A stretch of DNA of 61,232 nucleotides, taken from positions 101,601,190-101,662,421 of the forward strand of contig NC_068983.1 of the NCBI RefSeq assembly GCF_001194135.2. The letters run 5' to 3'. The position numbers and the translations under genes are program-made. This document shows positions 49,111 through 61,232 of this stretch, in pieces (position 1 is the stretch's first letter; every line of letters starts with the position of its first letter). Origin of the DNA: Octopus bimaculoides (taxonomy: Eukaryota). A model generated the notes under the pieces. It made no database searches and was not told where the DNA came from. It worked only from the letters and a program-made list of their open reading frames with translations.

Positions 49111-51900
49111 CTCATTTACTCTAACACATGCAAATACAATTAGTTCTGTAGTTTTGTTGTGGTGAGAGTCATTGACACCCCTGTGGGATTGGAAGAATGG
49201 ACTAGTCGAACTCTTACAAAGAGTAGTGTATTGGTTGAGATGGGGTAAGTTGTAGGAGTTGTTGAGAGTTCGCAGAAGTTGTAGGAAGTCTTTGAGATTG
49301 TTAGAGTTTGTGTTTGGTGGAGTAATTTGAAGTATGTCATGTGAAGACAGTTGTGTCTATCCCTACTTTGTGAAGTCTGTATCTCCAATGCATAAAAGGA
49401 TATAAAAAGTTAGCTTGAATTTATTTATAAACATCTAAACACATAGAAAGACACACAAAACATCCTAAATCCACTTCCTCTTCTATTTAATCATATAAAT
49501 GTTTAAAAAGATATCTAATTGTTTCAGTTGTTACAAACTATGTGCCAGGTTGCTAACCATTTTTATTAACACAAGCAATTGAGATAGATTCATTCAGAGT
49601 TCATTTTGCCTGTAAATTTTACCAAAATCTTTGGCCAACTTCTCATTACTTGAGGGCAGGTGCATTGTCCAAGAACTAAATCTAGCAATTTTTTCAATGC
49701 ATTTAACTACCTTTTTGTGGGAGATAGGCTTGAGCAGAGCTGGTCATAGTTAGACTTCAAATCTTAAAATGTCTAAAGGTATGAACAATTTCTCTTAATA
49801 CTCCGTTATGTATAAATATTGAAGAAACAACACAATTTTCTCTGCCTAAATTCTCTCTTCATATAGTAATTTTGCTAATTATTAGTTATAATAATTGAAT
49901 TTATTTATTTATTTTTTTTGCATATACACCATACAACTGAATGCTTGTTGATGTGAAAGAATCTTATCTTCAGATTTATCATAAAATTACAAACAAATGT
50001 ACATTTTATTTGTTAGAATTTTATATATTCCAAGTATCAATAGATTGATTATATTTTAGATTTACCTGAGCGTTGAACAAGTTTCTGAATTCTCATTGAT
50101 AATTTTTTGTTACATGTTTATTTTTAGTATATTGAGGACTGGTATAGAGATTAAGGCTTAGAGAATTAAGCTCTTATAAAGTTAATGACCATTTTGTTAG
50201 ATTTTAATTCATAAGAATATGAAATGGTTCTCAGTTGACTTCAAGGTCTTTTTAGTTTAGTTTGAAAGAAAATGCTCACTTTAAATGTAAAAAAATGAAT
50301 GTAGAGAAATATGCCTCCTTTGAAGAAATTTTGCATTCTTTTTGTAAGAAAACTTGGACTTTCCCAGTATTCAGATATTTATTTGACCATAAAATTTATA
50401 ATGTTGTGTTGGGACACACTTATTACTGTGTCAAAAACTTTTGTTATACTGAATAACTAACTTGCCATTGTTTATATAAGTTATATAATTCATTGTGTGA
50501 TAATTAAATTTATTTTCTAGATTTTAAAAATCTTAATGTAAATTTTTAATTTGAATAAGCAAAACTTATCTACATAAAATTTTCAGTTTTGTATTGAATC
50601 AGAATTAATTTTCACTCTGTATTAATAATTTCAAACATTAGCACAAGGTTAGGAATTTTGCAGTGAAGAAACAGTTAACATTGACCCCAATATTTAACTG
50701 GTATTATATTTCATTGACCTAAGAAGGATTATTGATTCCAGTAATAACTTTTCTTCTGTCTTTAGATGGAATCATAGACATAGGTTCATGTGCAAAAAAA
50801 AAAAAAAAAAAAAAAAGAAGCTCTGTAAGTGGAGTAATAATATCAATTTTAAAGTATATACATATGCATAGGTTGTAGGTGATTATCCTAGGTGTCTGAA
50901 TATCAGATGTTCCAACATACAGTAGTTTTAAAGTTGTTATATAAAACTATTCCTTTTAGCACCTCCTAGTTTATCATCTAAACATGATCTTAGCTATTGA
51001 AATTTTTGGAAGTTTCATTATAACTATTTTATATTAAGTGAATTGTTTTTGTTTGTATTAGATATTCACCAACAAAGAATATAATAGGAATATGTCTGAG
51101 ATATGTTTACAAGCTTTTGAATATATACATACATTATGCATGGGCAATGTCAGAGTTATTAAATGATGGGGTTTTGTTACTGTTGTCCTCAGCTTAGCAC
51201 CAACTAAGTGTACTTGACTTTTTATAATAGAGATAAAGCCTTCAACAGGATAGTTTATCAGCAATAATTTTATGGCCTTGTCAAATGAAAAGCTTTTAAA
51301 TCAATATATGAAAATATAAAAAAAAAAATGGTGTAATCAGGATTATTATCTATTTAAGTAAAGCATTATATGTCTAAACAGATTTTATTTATTTTCATCC
51401 TGATAATCAAACCCTTCACACTTAAATTTAGGCCTAAAACCTTTTGAATACTTTTATCTATAGTAATATTCATTACAGAATGCATGGAAAAAAAAAAAAA
51501 AAGGAAAATACTTGATAATCAAAAAGATCACTAATGCATGATAGAAGTAAATGGCTTGGAAAGAAAATAGAGACCCACACTCCATTACATTTAATGTACA
51601 AAAGTTAATGAATTATTGTTACATAATGATGATGCTGTTGAAAATGATCTTTATTTGAAACACAAATAGTCACTACATGCAAGATATGGCATCTTTTTAT
51701 ATTGAAAGTATCTGTTTTATTTCTAAGGGTGTATAATTTTGTTGTTGTATGGAAAGATTGTGTGTGTGTGTGTGTGTTCTGTTAAAGAAATATCTGATGG
51801 CCCAACTTGGCAATTTTGAAAGATTAAGTGCCCAGAAAATCCTGATGGTGTTGTGTTGAAAAATTGCAATCTTTAGATAAATTTTTCTGCACCACTGCAA

Positions 51901-51972
<72 letters not shown>

Positions 51973-52199
51973 CTAGGCACTTATCATTGGACTTTACCTG
52001 ACTTGAGACGATCCAAGTTGTCCTGTTCCGTTGTGCCTTGTCTGTGGCATAACTTTGAAATGTATCAATGGTTCCAGTAAAATTTAAAGTGCACTTCACA
52101 ATAAATCTCAATCATATGAAAAAAAATGACAGTACTGTTTATTTTAAAAAGCTATTAGAATCTCAAAATAAACATAGAACAACCTTTTGAATTCAAATT

Positions 52200-53570
52200 A
52201 GTGACACTGGCCCAAGAATTAAGTTTTATTTATATGGTTGTAGAAATTATTGCACTGAAAAAGGAGTTACATAGCATGTGGGTGAAATGCTGGGACAAGA
52301 TGCAGTGCAAGAAATTGAGAATGTTTTACTTTCAAACAATACAATAAGTTAATGTATTGATGACATGTCACATGTTGCTGAAGAGGTTTTATATGATAAA
52401 CTGAAAAATAGTGTTTCTATTTAGGATGATGAGTCATCAGATCTTATCAATGTCACATTGTAGTTTTAATAAGATCTGTCAATGTGAATGAAATTTAAGA
52501 AAACTTCCTGTTTGTTGCAAAATGATTAATTGTTTGAGATAAGCAAAGAAATTTAGTTCATATTTTGTCCTTATCCCTGGAAACAAGAACATGGAAGAAC
52601 TGTATTGGTATCTGTTCTGATGTATCTCATAAGAGGTTTTCTTTCTCTTGAAAAATAATAAAATACAAATATTTTCTCAACTCATTGCTTTCTTCACAGA
52701 GAGATTGTTTTCAAAACCTTTTGGAGGTGAATTGAAAACCGTTTTTGATGCTGCTATAAATATAACCAACTTTATTAAAGTCTAGTTCACTCCAGAATGT
52801 TTAAGCATTCAGAGTGATTTATCAAATGTAGTAATTATTTATCTGCATATTTTAAAATTAATCATGTATAATTTTGTAGCTTCAAGATTTTGAAGATTTT
52901 ATTGTTTATTTTTAGGCTTACACTATAGGGTAAGTGTGAATAGCTGGATCTGGCCAGTTTCAGTATAAAACAGTAGAATATTTGGGCTGGATATGGCTGG
53001 TTTCAATGCTAAAGTGTTAAAAAACTGAAAACTTGCTACTTTGCAGAAATCCGGTGGTTGGAGAGAGGAAGAGTCCTAAATAGGGTGCTTGAACTAAGAG
53101 ATGAAACAATAAACTAGAATTTACCAAGTGCTTTGAAGATGGAAAATGGTTGCTGAAATTAACCTACTTGGTGGAGCACTTTCCATTGCATTAATTAGCG
53201 AAACAAATCAAGGCAAAACTCTGGAGAAAACATTAATTTCACATAATAAGAGTTTTGGATTTAGAAGTCTGAATCTTTTTGTTACAAAAAGAAATTTTGA
53301 AATGTTTCAATTGGGGCTCAAGAGTAAAGAATGATAGCACATTTCTAATTTTATCAAAACCCATTTGAAGGAACTGTACACATCTGAGAACTTGGTTTTA
53401 ACAAGTTTTGGATTTCTGTGAAGTGTATCCTGCCATTCATAAGAAAGCAATAAAAATATTGCTGCAGTTTTCAACTTCGTACATGTATCAGCAAGCTTTT
53501 TCTTTGCACATATTAAAACCAAATACAAGAATTGGCTCCTTTCAGTTAATGGTGAAATCTGTGTGTTTTT
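52200..53570 (+). mobile_element. hAT Buster/Charlie-type transposase relic, interrupted at ~52805-53020 by a piggyBac-type MITE remnant
   Basis: MLGQDAVQEIENVLLSNNTIS..IDDMSH, DESSD (catalytic DEST-like), WKNCIGICSD, THCFLHRE, EIRWLERG. MITE right end AATGCTAAAGTGTTAA. Confidence 0.85.
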
Positions 53571-53784
53571 TAAGTTTGGTATGAAAAGTCAAGCACAGAT
53601 TTCTCAATGGAGAAGAAAATTTCCTTATCTAAATTGGTTTGAAAAATAGTAGTGCTTTCACCCTTATGACATTGCATTGACTTATGCCTTCTCAACATTG
53701 TCAATAAAGGATTAAGTTATTACAAGTAGTTATTATCTATTTACATTCTGTTTATATATATATTGTATAGGATCATTCATTCTT

Positions 53785-54090
53785 TTATTTGTTTCAGTCA
53801 CTTGATTGTAGCCTTGTTGGGGAATTGCCTTGAAGGGATTTAGTTGAATAAATTGGCCCTAGGACTTTTTTTGAAAGCCTAGTATTTATTCTATTGGTAC
53901 CCATTTCTGAAATACACAAGTTACAAGGATGCAAACGCACCAACACAAGTTGTTTAGTGGTGACCCCCCCCCCCACACACACGTTTCTTTCAGTTTCCCC
54001 TAACCACATCCACTCATAAGGCTTTGGTCAGCCTGAGGCTATAGTAGAAGACACTTGCCCAAGGTACTACTGAACCTGGAACCATTCAGA
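53785..54090 (-). mobile_element. SINE family A
   Basis: Reverse-complement tail TTGTTTCAGTCACTTGATTG and head GAGGCTATAGTAGAAGACACTTGCCCAAGG. Confidence 0.8.
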
Positions 54091-54616
54091 AGCAACCTTC
54101 TGAATATAGAAATATTTGATATTTTTATCCTTATGAAGTCTCTTGAACAAGCTGTTTGATTTCTGTTATTTTGTGTTTAAGCCACTTTATCAGGAAAATC
54201 TTTTGTTTGCCTTAGGAAATTTAACTTTATGAAAATGAAAGACAAGGATTTATAAACATATATATTGAATTATTGTAAAAGTACTCTGAGATCTGCAATA
54301 CATTTCAAGGATTCCCTATGGAAATGTGCTGTATCATCCTGGCTTGCTCTTGTCAGAGATCATGAAAGTAAATACTAATTCATTCTCTAAATGAGCCAAT
54401 TATCTGCTATATCTATGTTTTATGTATGTTTCTTACATTGGAACAATAATTTGTATTAAAGAGAAAAAATGGTGACTTATAACAGACATAACATATAATT
54501 TGACACAGCTATTTCATGTACATCATAAACCAGCATTCATATTTGGGTGTATATACATATCTTTGTATTATGTATGTGTATGTGTGTATATATATATATA
54601 TATACATGTGTATCTA

Positions 54617-55902
54617 TTGGGTTGGCAACAAAGTAATTTCGTTTTTCACAAACAGATAGTTACAATTTTTTTGAATGACTTTCGTCGATGTTATTGATTT
54701 TTTTTTCTCTTCTGACATTTGATAGCCGTTACTTTTAGCTTACTTTAGAAGCAAATTGCAAGTAATTTTGTTTACAGATGTTAGTTCAGTATCAATTTTA
54801 AGATGGAGTGCAAAAACAAACATTTTTGACATATTTTGATTTTTTATTTCTGTAAAGGCAAGAAAGATGCTGAGGCTCCCAAAGGGGTATGTGAAGTTTA
54901 TGGTGTTGATTGCTTAACAGAATGCGCATGTCAGAAATGGTTTAAAAAATTCCATTCTGGAGATTTTCCACTCAAAGATGACTAACGTTCTGATCAGTCT
55001 ACTGAAGTTGATGATGACTGAATCAAAGCCATAATTGAATCTGATTGTCATAACTGTGTAAGAGATTGCAGAGAGGTTAAATATATCACACACAACAATT
55101 GAAAATCACTTAAAATGTCTTGGACTCATTAAGAAGCTCGATATTTGGGTTCCACATAACTTGAAAGAGATTCACTTAACACAACGAATCAATATTTACG
55201 AAATGCATTTCAAATGCAATGAAATTGACCTTCTTTTGAAATGAATCCTCACTGGTGATGAAAAATGGATTGTCTACAATAACATCAATCGAAAACACTC
55301 ATGGTCCAAGCGTAATGAACCAGCACAAACCACATCGAAAGCTGAATTGCATCAAAAAAAGGTAATGCTATCAATTTGGTGGGAATACAAAGGTATTGTG
55401 TATTTTGAGCTGTTTCCAAGGAACCAAATGATCAATTCAGATGTTTACTGTCAACAACTAATGAAACTGGAGGAAGCAATCAAAGAAAAATGGCCAGAAT
55501 TGGCAAATCATAAAGGAATCATGTTCCACCATGACAATGCTAGACCACATACATTTTTGCTAACTCAGGTAAAATTATTGGTGCTTGGTTAGAAAGTGAT
55601 ATTACATCTACCATATAGCCCAGACCTTACACCATCAGATTACTATTTATTTCAAAGTTTGCATAATCTTTTGAATGGTAAGACTTTCAATAGTAATAGT
55701 GACCTGAAATCACACATGCTTCAGTTTTTGGCAGATAAGGACCAGAAGTTCTATGAGCATGGAATCATGAAGTTGCCAGAAAGATGGCAAAAGGTCATGA
55801 AACAAAATGGAAAATATATAATTGATTAAAGTTCATTCTTTGTATGAAAAAATGACTTTTATTTCACACTAAAAAATTGAAATTACTTTCTTGTAGACCC
55901 AA
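54617..55902 (+). mobile_element. Full-length mariner (D,D34D; mellifera-like), transposase 54803-55829 with stops and a frameshift
   Basis: TA TSD; TIR TTGGGTTGGCAACAAAGTAATTTC / GAAATTACTTTCTTGTAGACCCAA. Motifs WVPHNL, TGDEKW, HDNARPH, YSPDLTPSDY. Confidence 0.96.
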
Positions 55903-55904
55903 TA

Positions 55905-56105
55905 TATATGTGCATGTGTGTATTTGTCTATGTGTATGTATGTGTATATATGTGCATATATATATGCATGTGTATATATGGCTGTGTATATATTTGCATG
56001 TATATGTATATATGTGTGAATATGTATGTATATATACATATATGTAAATATATGTATATATATTTATGTGTATGTATATATGTGCGTATATATATCTATG
56101 TGTAT
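55905..56105. repeat. (TA/TG)n compound microsatellite
   Basis: Direct reading. Confidence 0.95.
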
Positions 56106-56590
56106 ATCATCATCATCTGTATTCCCTGCTTGTATGGGTTGACTAGTTTGACAAGGACCTGATGAGTTGAACAATTGCATTATGCTCCAGTGTCTGCTTT
56201 GACATGGGTTTCTATGGTTGGATGTCCATTCTAATGCCAACAACTTTATAGTGATGTAGTGGCACTATTGAGGCCACCATATAGCTTGCATGTCGATAAA
56301 CCCAGGGAGGGAGGGAAGATATTGCATCTGTATGTTACACGGGGGAAGGTTAAGTTAAAGGGGAATAGATTAGAGTAGAGGATATTCTCGTAGAGGAGCT
56401 ACATGGCGTAGAAGAGCAAACTGGAGAGGGAGGTTGACAACATCAGTAAAGATTGAAGAAAGGTTGAGAGCAAGGGGCTGCATGAGTTGAGGGGATGGGT
56501 ACAGGGATACTGGCAGTAGAGTAGTAATGATGTCATTGATGGTGAAAGGTGCAGGAGAGAGATGATGTATTTGGGTAGGTTATCCGGTCA
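56105..56590 (-). mobile_element. RTE-type tail with CT-rich body, reverse orientation
   Basis: (CAT)n then CCCTGCTTGTATGGGTTGAC..GGATGTCCATTCTAATGCCAAC, followed by purine-rich body. Confidence 0.65.
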
Positions 56591-57220
56591 TTGAAAATTC
56601 CTGTGAAAAATGACCATTAAAAACAAAGGGAAATTACTGTGTAGTGACAAGGTCAAAACGCGTCTAAAACTGCGTATATTATCGCATGCACGCATATGTC
56701 CATATACGCACACACATATCTCTATACACGCATGCTTATATCTACATATGCACGCATCCACGTGCACACTCACAAGCGCGCACATATAAAGTTCCTTGTA
56801 CGTGTCTATAGGTGTACAGGAAAAAACAGGGTGGAGGGGAGAAAACAGAAAAATATGTGTGGGAAAAATACAAAAACATTAACCCTATAATTATGTAAAA
56901 AACATAAAAATAATTAAAAATATTAAAAAATATAAAAATATAAAATCCAAGTAAAGAAGGTGAAAAGCTTATACATAGACACAATATAGAAATCTATCAG
57001 TACAGTCCCATCAGTAGGTCCTATCAGTAAAAATATTAAAAAATTTATAAGAAATGTAAGTAATAATTATAGAGAGATAAAAGGTTTATAGATAGACACA
57101 AAAAAGAAAGCAAGGCCTATCAGTAAACTCAGGGGGACCAAAAATGGAGCAAATATTTGGCCACATGTGGACATGATCCGAAAAGTTCAGTCTTTGAATT
57201 TAGACATGTGGTCCTTCCTG

Positions 57221-57225
<5 letters not shown>
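56590..57225. repeat. CpG-retaining, strand-skewed interspersed repeat ending at (TA)n (possibly Penelope-like terminal repeat)
   Basis: Sharp compositional boundaries; A-rich + strand; repeated CTATCAGTA motif; AAAACGCGTC motif at 56655-56664. Confidence 0.45.
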
Positions 57226-57254
<29 letters not shown>

Positions 57255-57257
<3 letters not shown>

Positions 57258-57806
57258 TCATTTTTTATAGTTTCAGTTGAGAGCTGCATGCTGATGCACC
57301 GCTGTTTTGCTACACTGTTATTACTGAGAGCTTCCTCCAATATGTGGCACTTGGTGAAGAATGGAGTTTGATGTAGCTACCCTCATTTGCACCTCTTGCC
57401 GTGAGGTAGGTTCATCTGGGACTCTAGACAGGAAGAGGTCCAGCTTTGATTTAAAAACCCCTACATCTACTTTGTGCAGGTTCCTCAGGCTCTTTGGGAG
57501 AATATTAAAAAGCTGTGAGCCCCTGAAACCCAAACTGTTGCAGTAACTGGTCCTGAAGCGTGATGGCATTGCTGGGATCTTTGGCACTATGCAATGTCAT
57601 CCCGTTCTGGCATTGGTGTAGCTATCAATGCCAAAATTTGGCACAATTCCTTCCATGATCTTCCAGATGAAAATTACTGCATACCTCTCCCGCCTTCTCT
57701 CCAGGGAGTAGAGTCTTAGCTGTTTCAGCCTTTCTCAGTAGCTGAGCAGTTGCAAAGAGACAATCTTCTTTGTGAATCTTCTCTGGATTGCTTCAAGAGC
57801 CACGAT
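57255..57806 (-). mobile_element. CR1-group LINE 3' end
   Basis: LEAIQRRFTKKI, RLYSLERRRERY, YCNSLGFRGSQLFNILPK, FLSRVPDEP. Confidence 0.93.
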
Positions 57807-57920
57807 NNNNNNNNNNNNNNNNNNNNNNNNNNNNNNNNNNNNNNNNNNNNNNNNNNNNNNNNNNNNNNNNNNNNNNNNNNNNNNNNNNNNNNNNNNNNNN
57901 NNNNNNNNNNNNNNNNNNNN

Positions 57921-58680
57921 TACATGAGTAATAATGCATCCTTTCATGGGCATGTTGCTAAATTGTCAATGAAATGCAGGCGACTGACCGGATGGATTCT
58001 TAGGACTTTTAGAACAAAAGATCAGGAAACCATAATGGTCCTCTGGAGGACACTTGTTCTAAGCCACTTTGACTATTGCTCTCAGCTGTGGTCACCAACC
58101 AGTGTCAAATTAATCTCAGAACTTGAGGCAATCCAACGAAGCTACATGAAGAAGACAGCCTCTATGCAGCATATAAGCTATTGGGAAAGACTCAAGAGAT
58201 TAAGACTCTATTCCTTAGAGCGTAGGTGAGAAAGATATGCCATAATATACATCTGGAAGATCCTTGAAGGAATTGTCCCAAACTTTGGCATTGAAAGTTA
58301 CACAAATAAAAAAACTAGATGCCATTGCATAGTGCCAAGGACTCCAAATTTGCCATCAAGATGTAGGACAAGATACTGCAATAGCCTGGGCTCCAGAGGT
58401 CCAATATCCTCCCAAAGGACCTGAGAGACCTGCATGGGGTTGATGTAGTTGTCTTCAAGATGAGACTGGACCTCTTCCTCTCAGGTGTCCCAGATGAACC
58501 AACTTCGAGGCAAGAGGTGCAGATGAGGGCAGCTGCATCAAACTCTCTCATGCACTAAATGTCAATTCCTGAAGTACAATTCGTGAAGTAAAATTGTGTA
58601 ACAACACCAAATGGCGGTACCCCAGCATGGTCACAGCTCATGAGCTGAAACTAGATAAAATGAAAAAAAAAAAAATTAAA
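57921..58680 (+). mobile_element. CR1-group LINE 3' end
   Basis: WILRTFRT, HFDYCSQLWSP, LEAIQRSY, YSLERR; tail GGCGGTACCCCAGCATGGTCACAGCTCATGAGCTGAAAC. Confidence 0.94.
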
Positions 58681-58685
58681 AGGAT

Positions 58686-58725
<40 letters not shown>

Positions 58726-58839
58726 TGTNNNNNNNNNNNNNNNNNNNNNNNNNNNNNNNNNNNNNNNNNNNNNNNNNNNNNNNNNNNNNNNNNNNNNNNN
58801 NNNNNNNNNNNNNNNNNNNNNNNNNNNNTACATATATAT

Positions 58840-58869
<30 letters not shown>

Positions 58870-58881
<12 letters not shown>

Positions 58882-59050
58882 GCACTTTAAAAGCAGCCAG
58901 CACATTCTGTAAAGTGGTTGGCATTAGGAAGGGCATCCAGCTGTAGAAACCAAGTCGTATAACACAAGAACCTGGTGCCGCTCACCAACTTGCCAGCTCT
59001 AGTTATACTGTCCAACCCATGTCAGCATGGAAAACGGATGTTGATGATAT
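58870..59050 (+). mobile_element. RTE-type 3' tail repeat
   Basis: GCATTAGGAAGGGCATCCAGCTGTAGAAACC..CCCATGTCAGCATGGAAAACGGATG. Confidence 0.85.
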
Positions 59051-60811
59051 GTGTGTGTGTGTGTGTGTGTGTGTGTACACTCACTTAAACACACACACAC
59101 AATCATTGTTGAAGCAGAAATAATGACACTTAAGGATGAATTAATACACCTGGCCTATATACAGTAACAATAAGATGGTAATATGGTGGCCTTATCTTAG
59201 GTTCTGTACTGATTTAATCAGCCTATTTACAATATCATAATACAAAATCTGCTGGGGAGTTACAAAAAGTATACCTTTAACCAAGTCCTTCAGTTAAATA
59301 TTAGATTTCGAAGCTGTTAGATAAACAGATCATAGTTTAGGTCAGCAGGGAAATATTTTTACCTGAATAGTCATTGTGGTTTAAATTGAGCACCCTGTAT
59401 AGAACACAGTGATAAAATTATATAGTATCATGGCTCAGAAATGTTTTTTGGAGTAGTATCATTCAAGGTCAGGTAATATTTCTTTGATCCTAAGTATTTA
59501 AAATCACTATGATCTTGTTACCTCATGTTTACTACTGTTGGACATCTCAGGAAAGCCTTATTATATCTAGACAGCCTGTTAATGTTTTGGCCTATCAACT
59601 AAAAACTTGATGGTTTATATTTCATCACTGGCACTACTATGTGAATGAGCAAGACATATAATTTTCAGTTGTCTGACTGACTTCATTATTAATAAAGTAC
59701 CATGAAGAAGTATAGCTAATTGCTGTTTGCATTATGGGTACTGCAAATGGTGATTAATGCATTAGCTCAAATCCTCTTACAGCTGAAAAATGTACACAAA
59801 TTCCTTCTGAAAGGGTAAAGGTATTATTCAACTGTTTTAGTCCTTGAAACAGATTGACACTTTTTAAATAATGACAGTAGGGAAAAAGGAAAAGAATATT
59901 CATACAATGCTTAGGCATATGATTTACAACATTTAATTTGGCACCTCACATTTCTGAGATTGTAAGAGGATATTTCTTTTCATCCTCTTAGATGTTGATA
60001 GAAGTTTTACTTGAATAGTTTATTTAATTGGCTATATACTATGCCATTACAAAAAAACAAAAAACAAAAACGAAAACAATCTTTTACTTAATATGTGAAA
60101 ATTATTTCATTTGGTTTATTGTGGCATGGATTAGTGTGTGAGATTACTTTGTCACCAAACTGAAGTTATGAATTCATTTTGCTTCAAAGATATAACTGCT
60201 TCCCTTTAGTTGCTAAATACCTCAGGAAAGGCATGAGCTTTAAAACTTCATGATTTTCCTTTTCTATGCATGTGAAAATTTTTATGTAAGAAATGCTACT
60301 TGACAAACAATCCTTGACCTGATTGATATTTCCAGTTGGAATCATTTAACTTAGTTTACTAACACCCTTAGAAAAGATATAAATGTCACAACTTCCTGTA
60401 TGAATGTGTGGCATAGAAATCCTTATTTGTACAGTCCTGTCCTTAGTGGATAAGTTAAAAAAATGCTGTTTATCTGTCAAATAGCAAAACATTGAGTGAA
60501 GTGTTTACCTTATCACTCACTGTAATGACCTCACTTGTTTTATATTACAGACATATTTGTAATAATTGATATAAATAGTGAACTAGTTCCAGAATACCTC
60601 AGTATTAAATACTTTAATGGTTGAATTTTATGTGAAATGAATAGTTCATTAGCTGAAACTAACTAAACGTTTCTCCTCATTCTTAGTCATTGAAATATAA
60701 ACTGAAATAAGCTGAGAATACATGGACATACTCCAATAATCTTATGTAGTTAGAAAATACTTATGTATTATTATTATTATTTTTTTGCTATTCTTTTGTT
60801 GTAACAGTTGG

Positions 60812-60965
60812 TGTAGGCATGGCTGTGTGGTCAGAAGCTTGCTTCCCAACCACATAGTTCTGGTTTTAGTCTAACTGTATGCCAAGTGTCTTCTACTATA
60901 GCCTCAGCCTAACCAAAACCTTGTGAGTGGATTTGGTAGATGCACATTGAAAGAAGCCCATCGTA
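60812..60965 (+). mobile_element. SINE family A, 5' part
   Basis: GTAGGCATGGCTGTGTGGTCAGAAGCTTGCTTCCCAACCAC. Confidence 0.85.
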
Positions 60966-60984
60966 TATACATACATTTATACAT

Positions 60985-61232
60985 ACATATCATCATCATC
61001 ATCATCATCGTTTAATGTCCGCCTTCCATGCTAGCATGGGTTGGACGATTTGACTGAGGACTGGTGAAACCGGATGGCAACACCAGGCTCCAGTCTGATT
61101 TGGCAGAGTTTCTACAGCTGGATGCCCTTCCTAACGCCAACCACTCAGAGAGTGTAGTGGGTGCTTTTACATGTCACCCGCACGAAAACGGCCACGCTCG
61201 AAATGGTGTCTTTTATGTGCCACCCGCACAAG
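60985..61232 (-). mobile_element. Young RTE-type tail element running off the window
   Basis: (CAT)n then CGTTTAATGTCCGCCTTCCATGCTAGCATGGG..GGATGCCCTTCCTAACGCCAACC; CpGs intact. Confidence 0.9.

Noticed and set aside
1-61232. CRISPR arrays, rRNA, prokaryotic operons or defence systems
   Set aside because: There are no regularly spaced repeat-spacer arrays, rRNA motifs or gene-dense prokaryotic structure; the window is eukaryotic repeat-rich DNA.

Overview
This is a repeat-saturated, AT-rich animal genomic window from a draft assembly with eight N gaps. The SINE/LINE and microsatellite landscape looks like an octopus genome; that is inferred from recognising repeat families, not proven. Recognisable relics include RTE, CR1/L2-group and HERO-type (restriction-like endonuclease) LINEs; three mariner copies and one Tc1; pogo/Tigger and hAT-Buster fragments; piggyBac-type and hAT-type MITEs; and many tRNA-derived SINEs. 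No intact protein-coding gene could be named, and most listed ORFs are microsatellite, gap or transposon artefacts. Host-gene evidence is limited to one good minus-strand exon (19631-19770) and a CpG-retaining, promoter-like block (about 21.9-23.7 kb) with splice signals on both strands. The most interesting feature is at 47150-47672: a tRNA-headed SINE carrying a Penelope-type minimal hammerhead ribozyme motif, with an inverted partial copy, all inside one 12-bp direct repeat. Also notable are a covarying 3' stem-loop shared by a SINE family and CR1 LINEs, a very AT-rich but CpG-rich ~170-bp tandem array, and a speculative 74-aa secreted-protein gene model. Family labels A/B/D/F are my own. 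Boundaries of degraded repeats are approximate (tens of bp).
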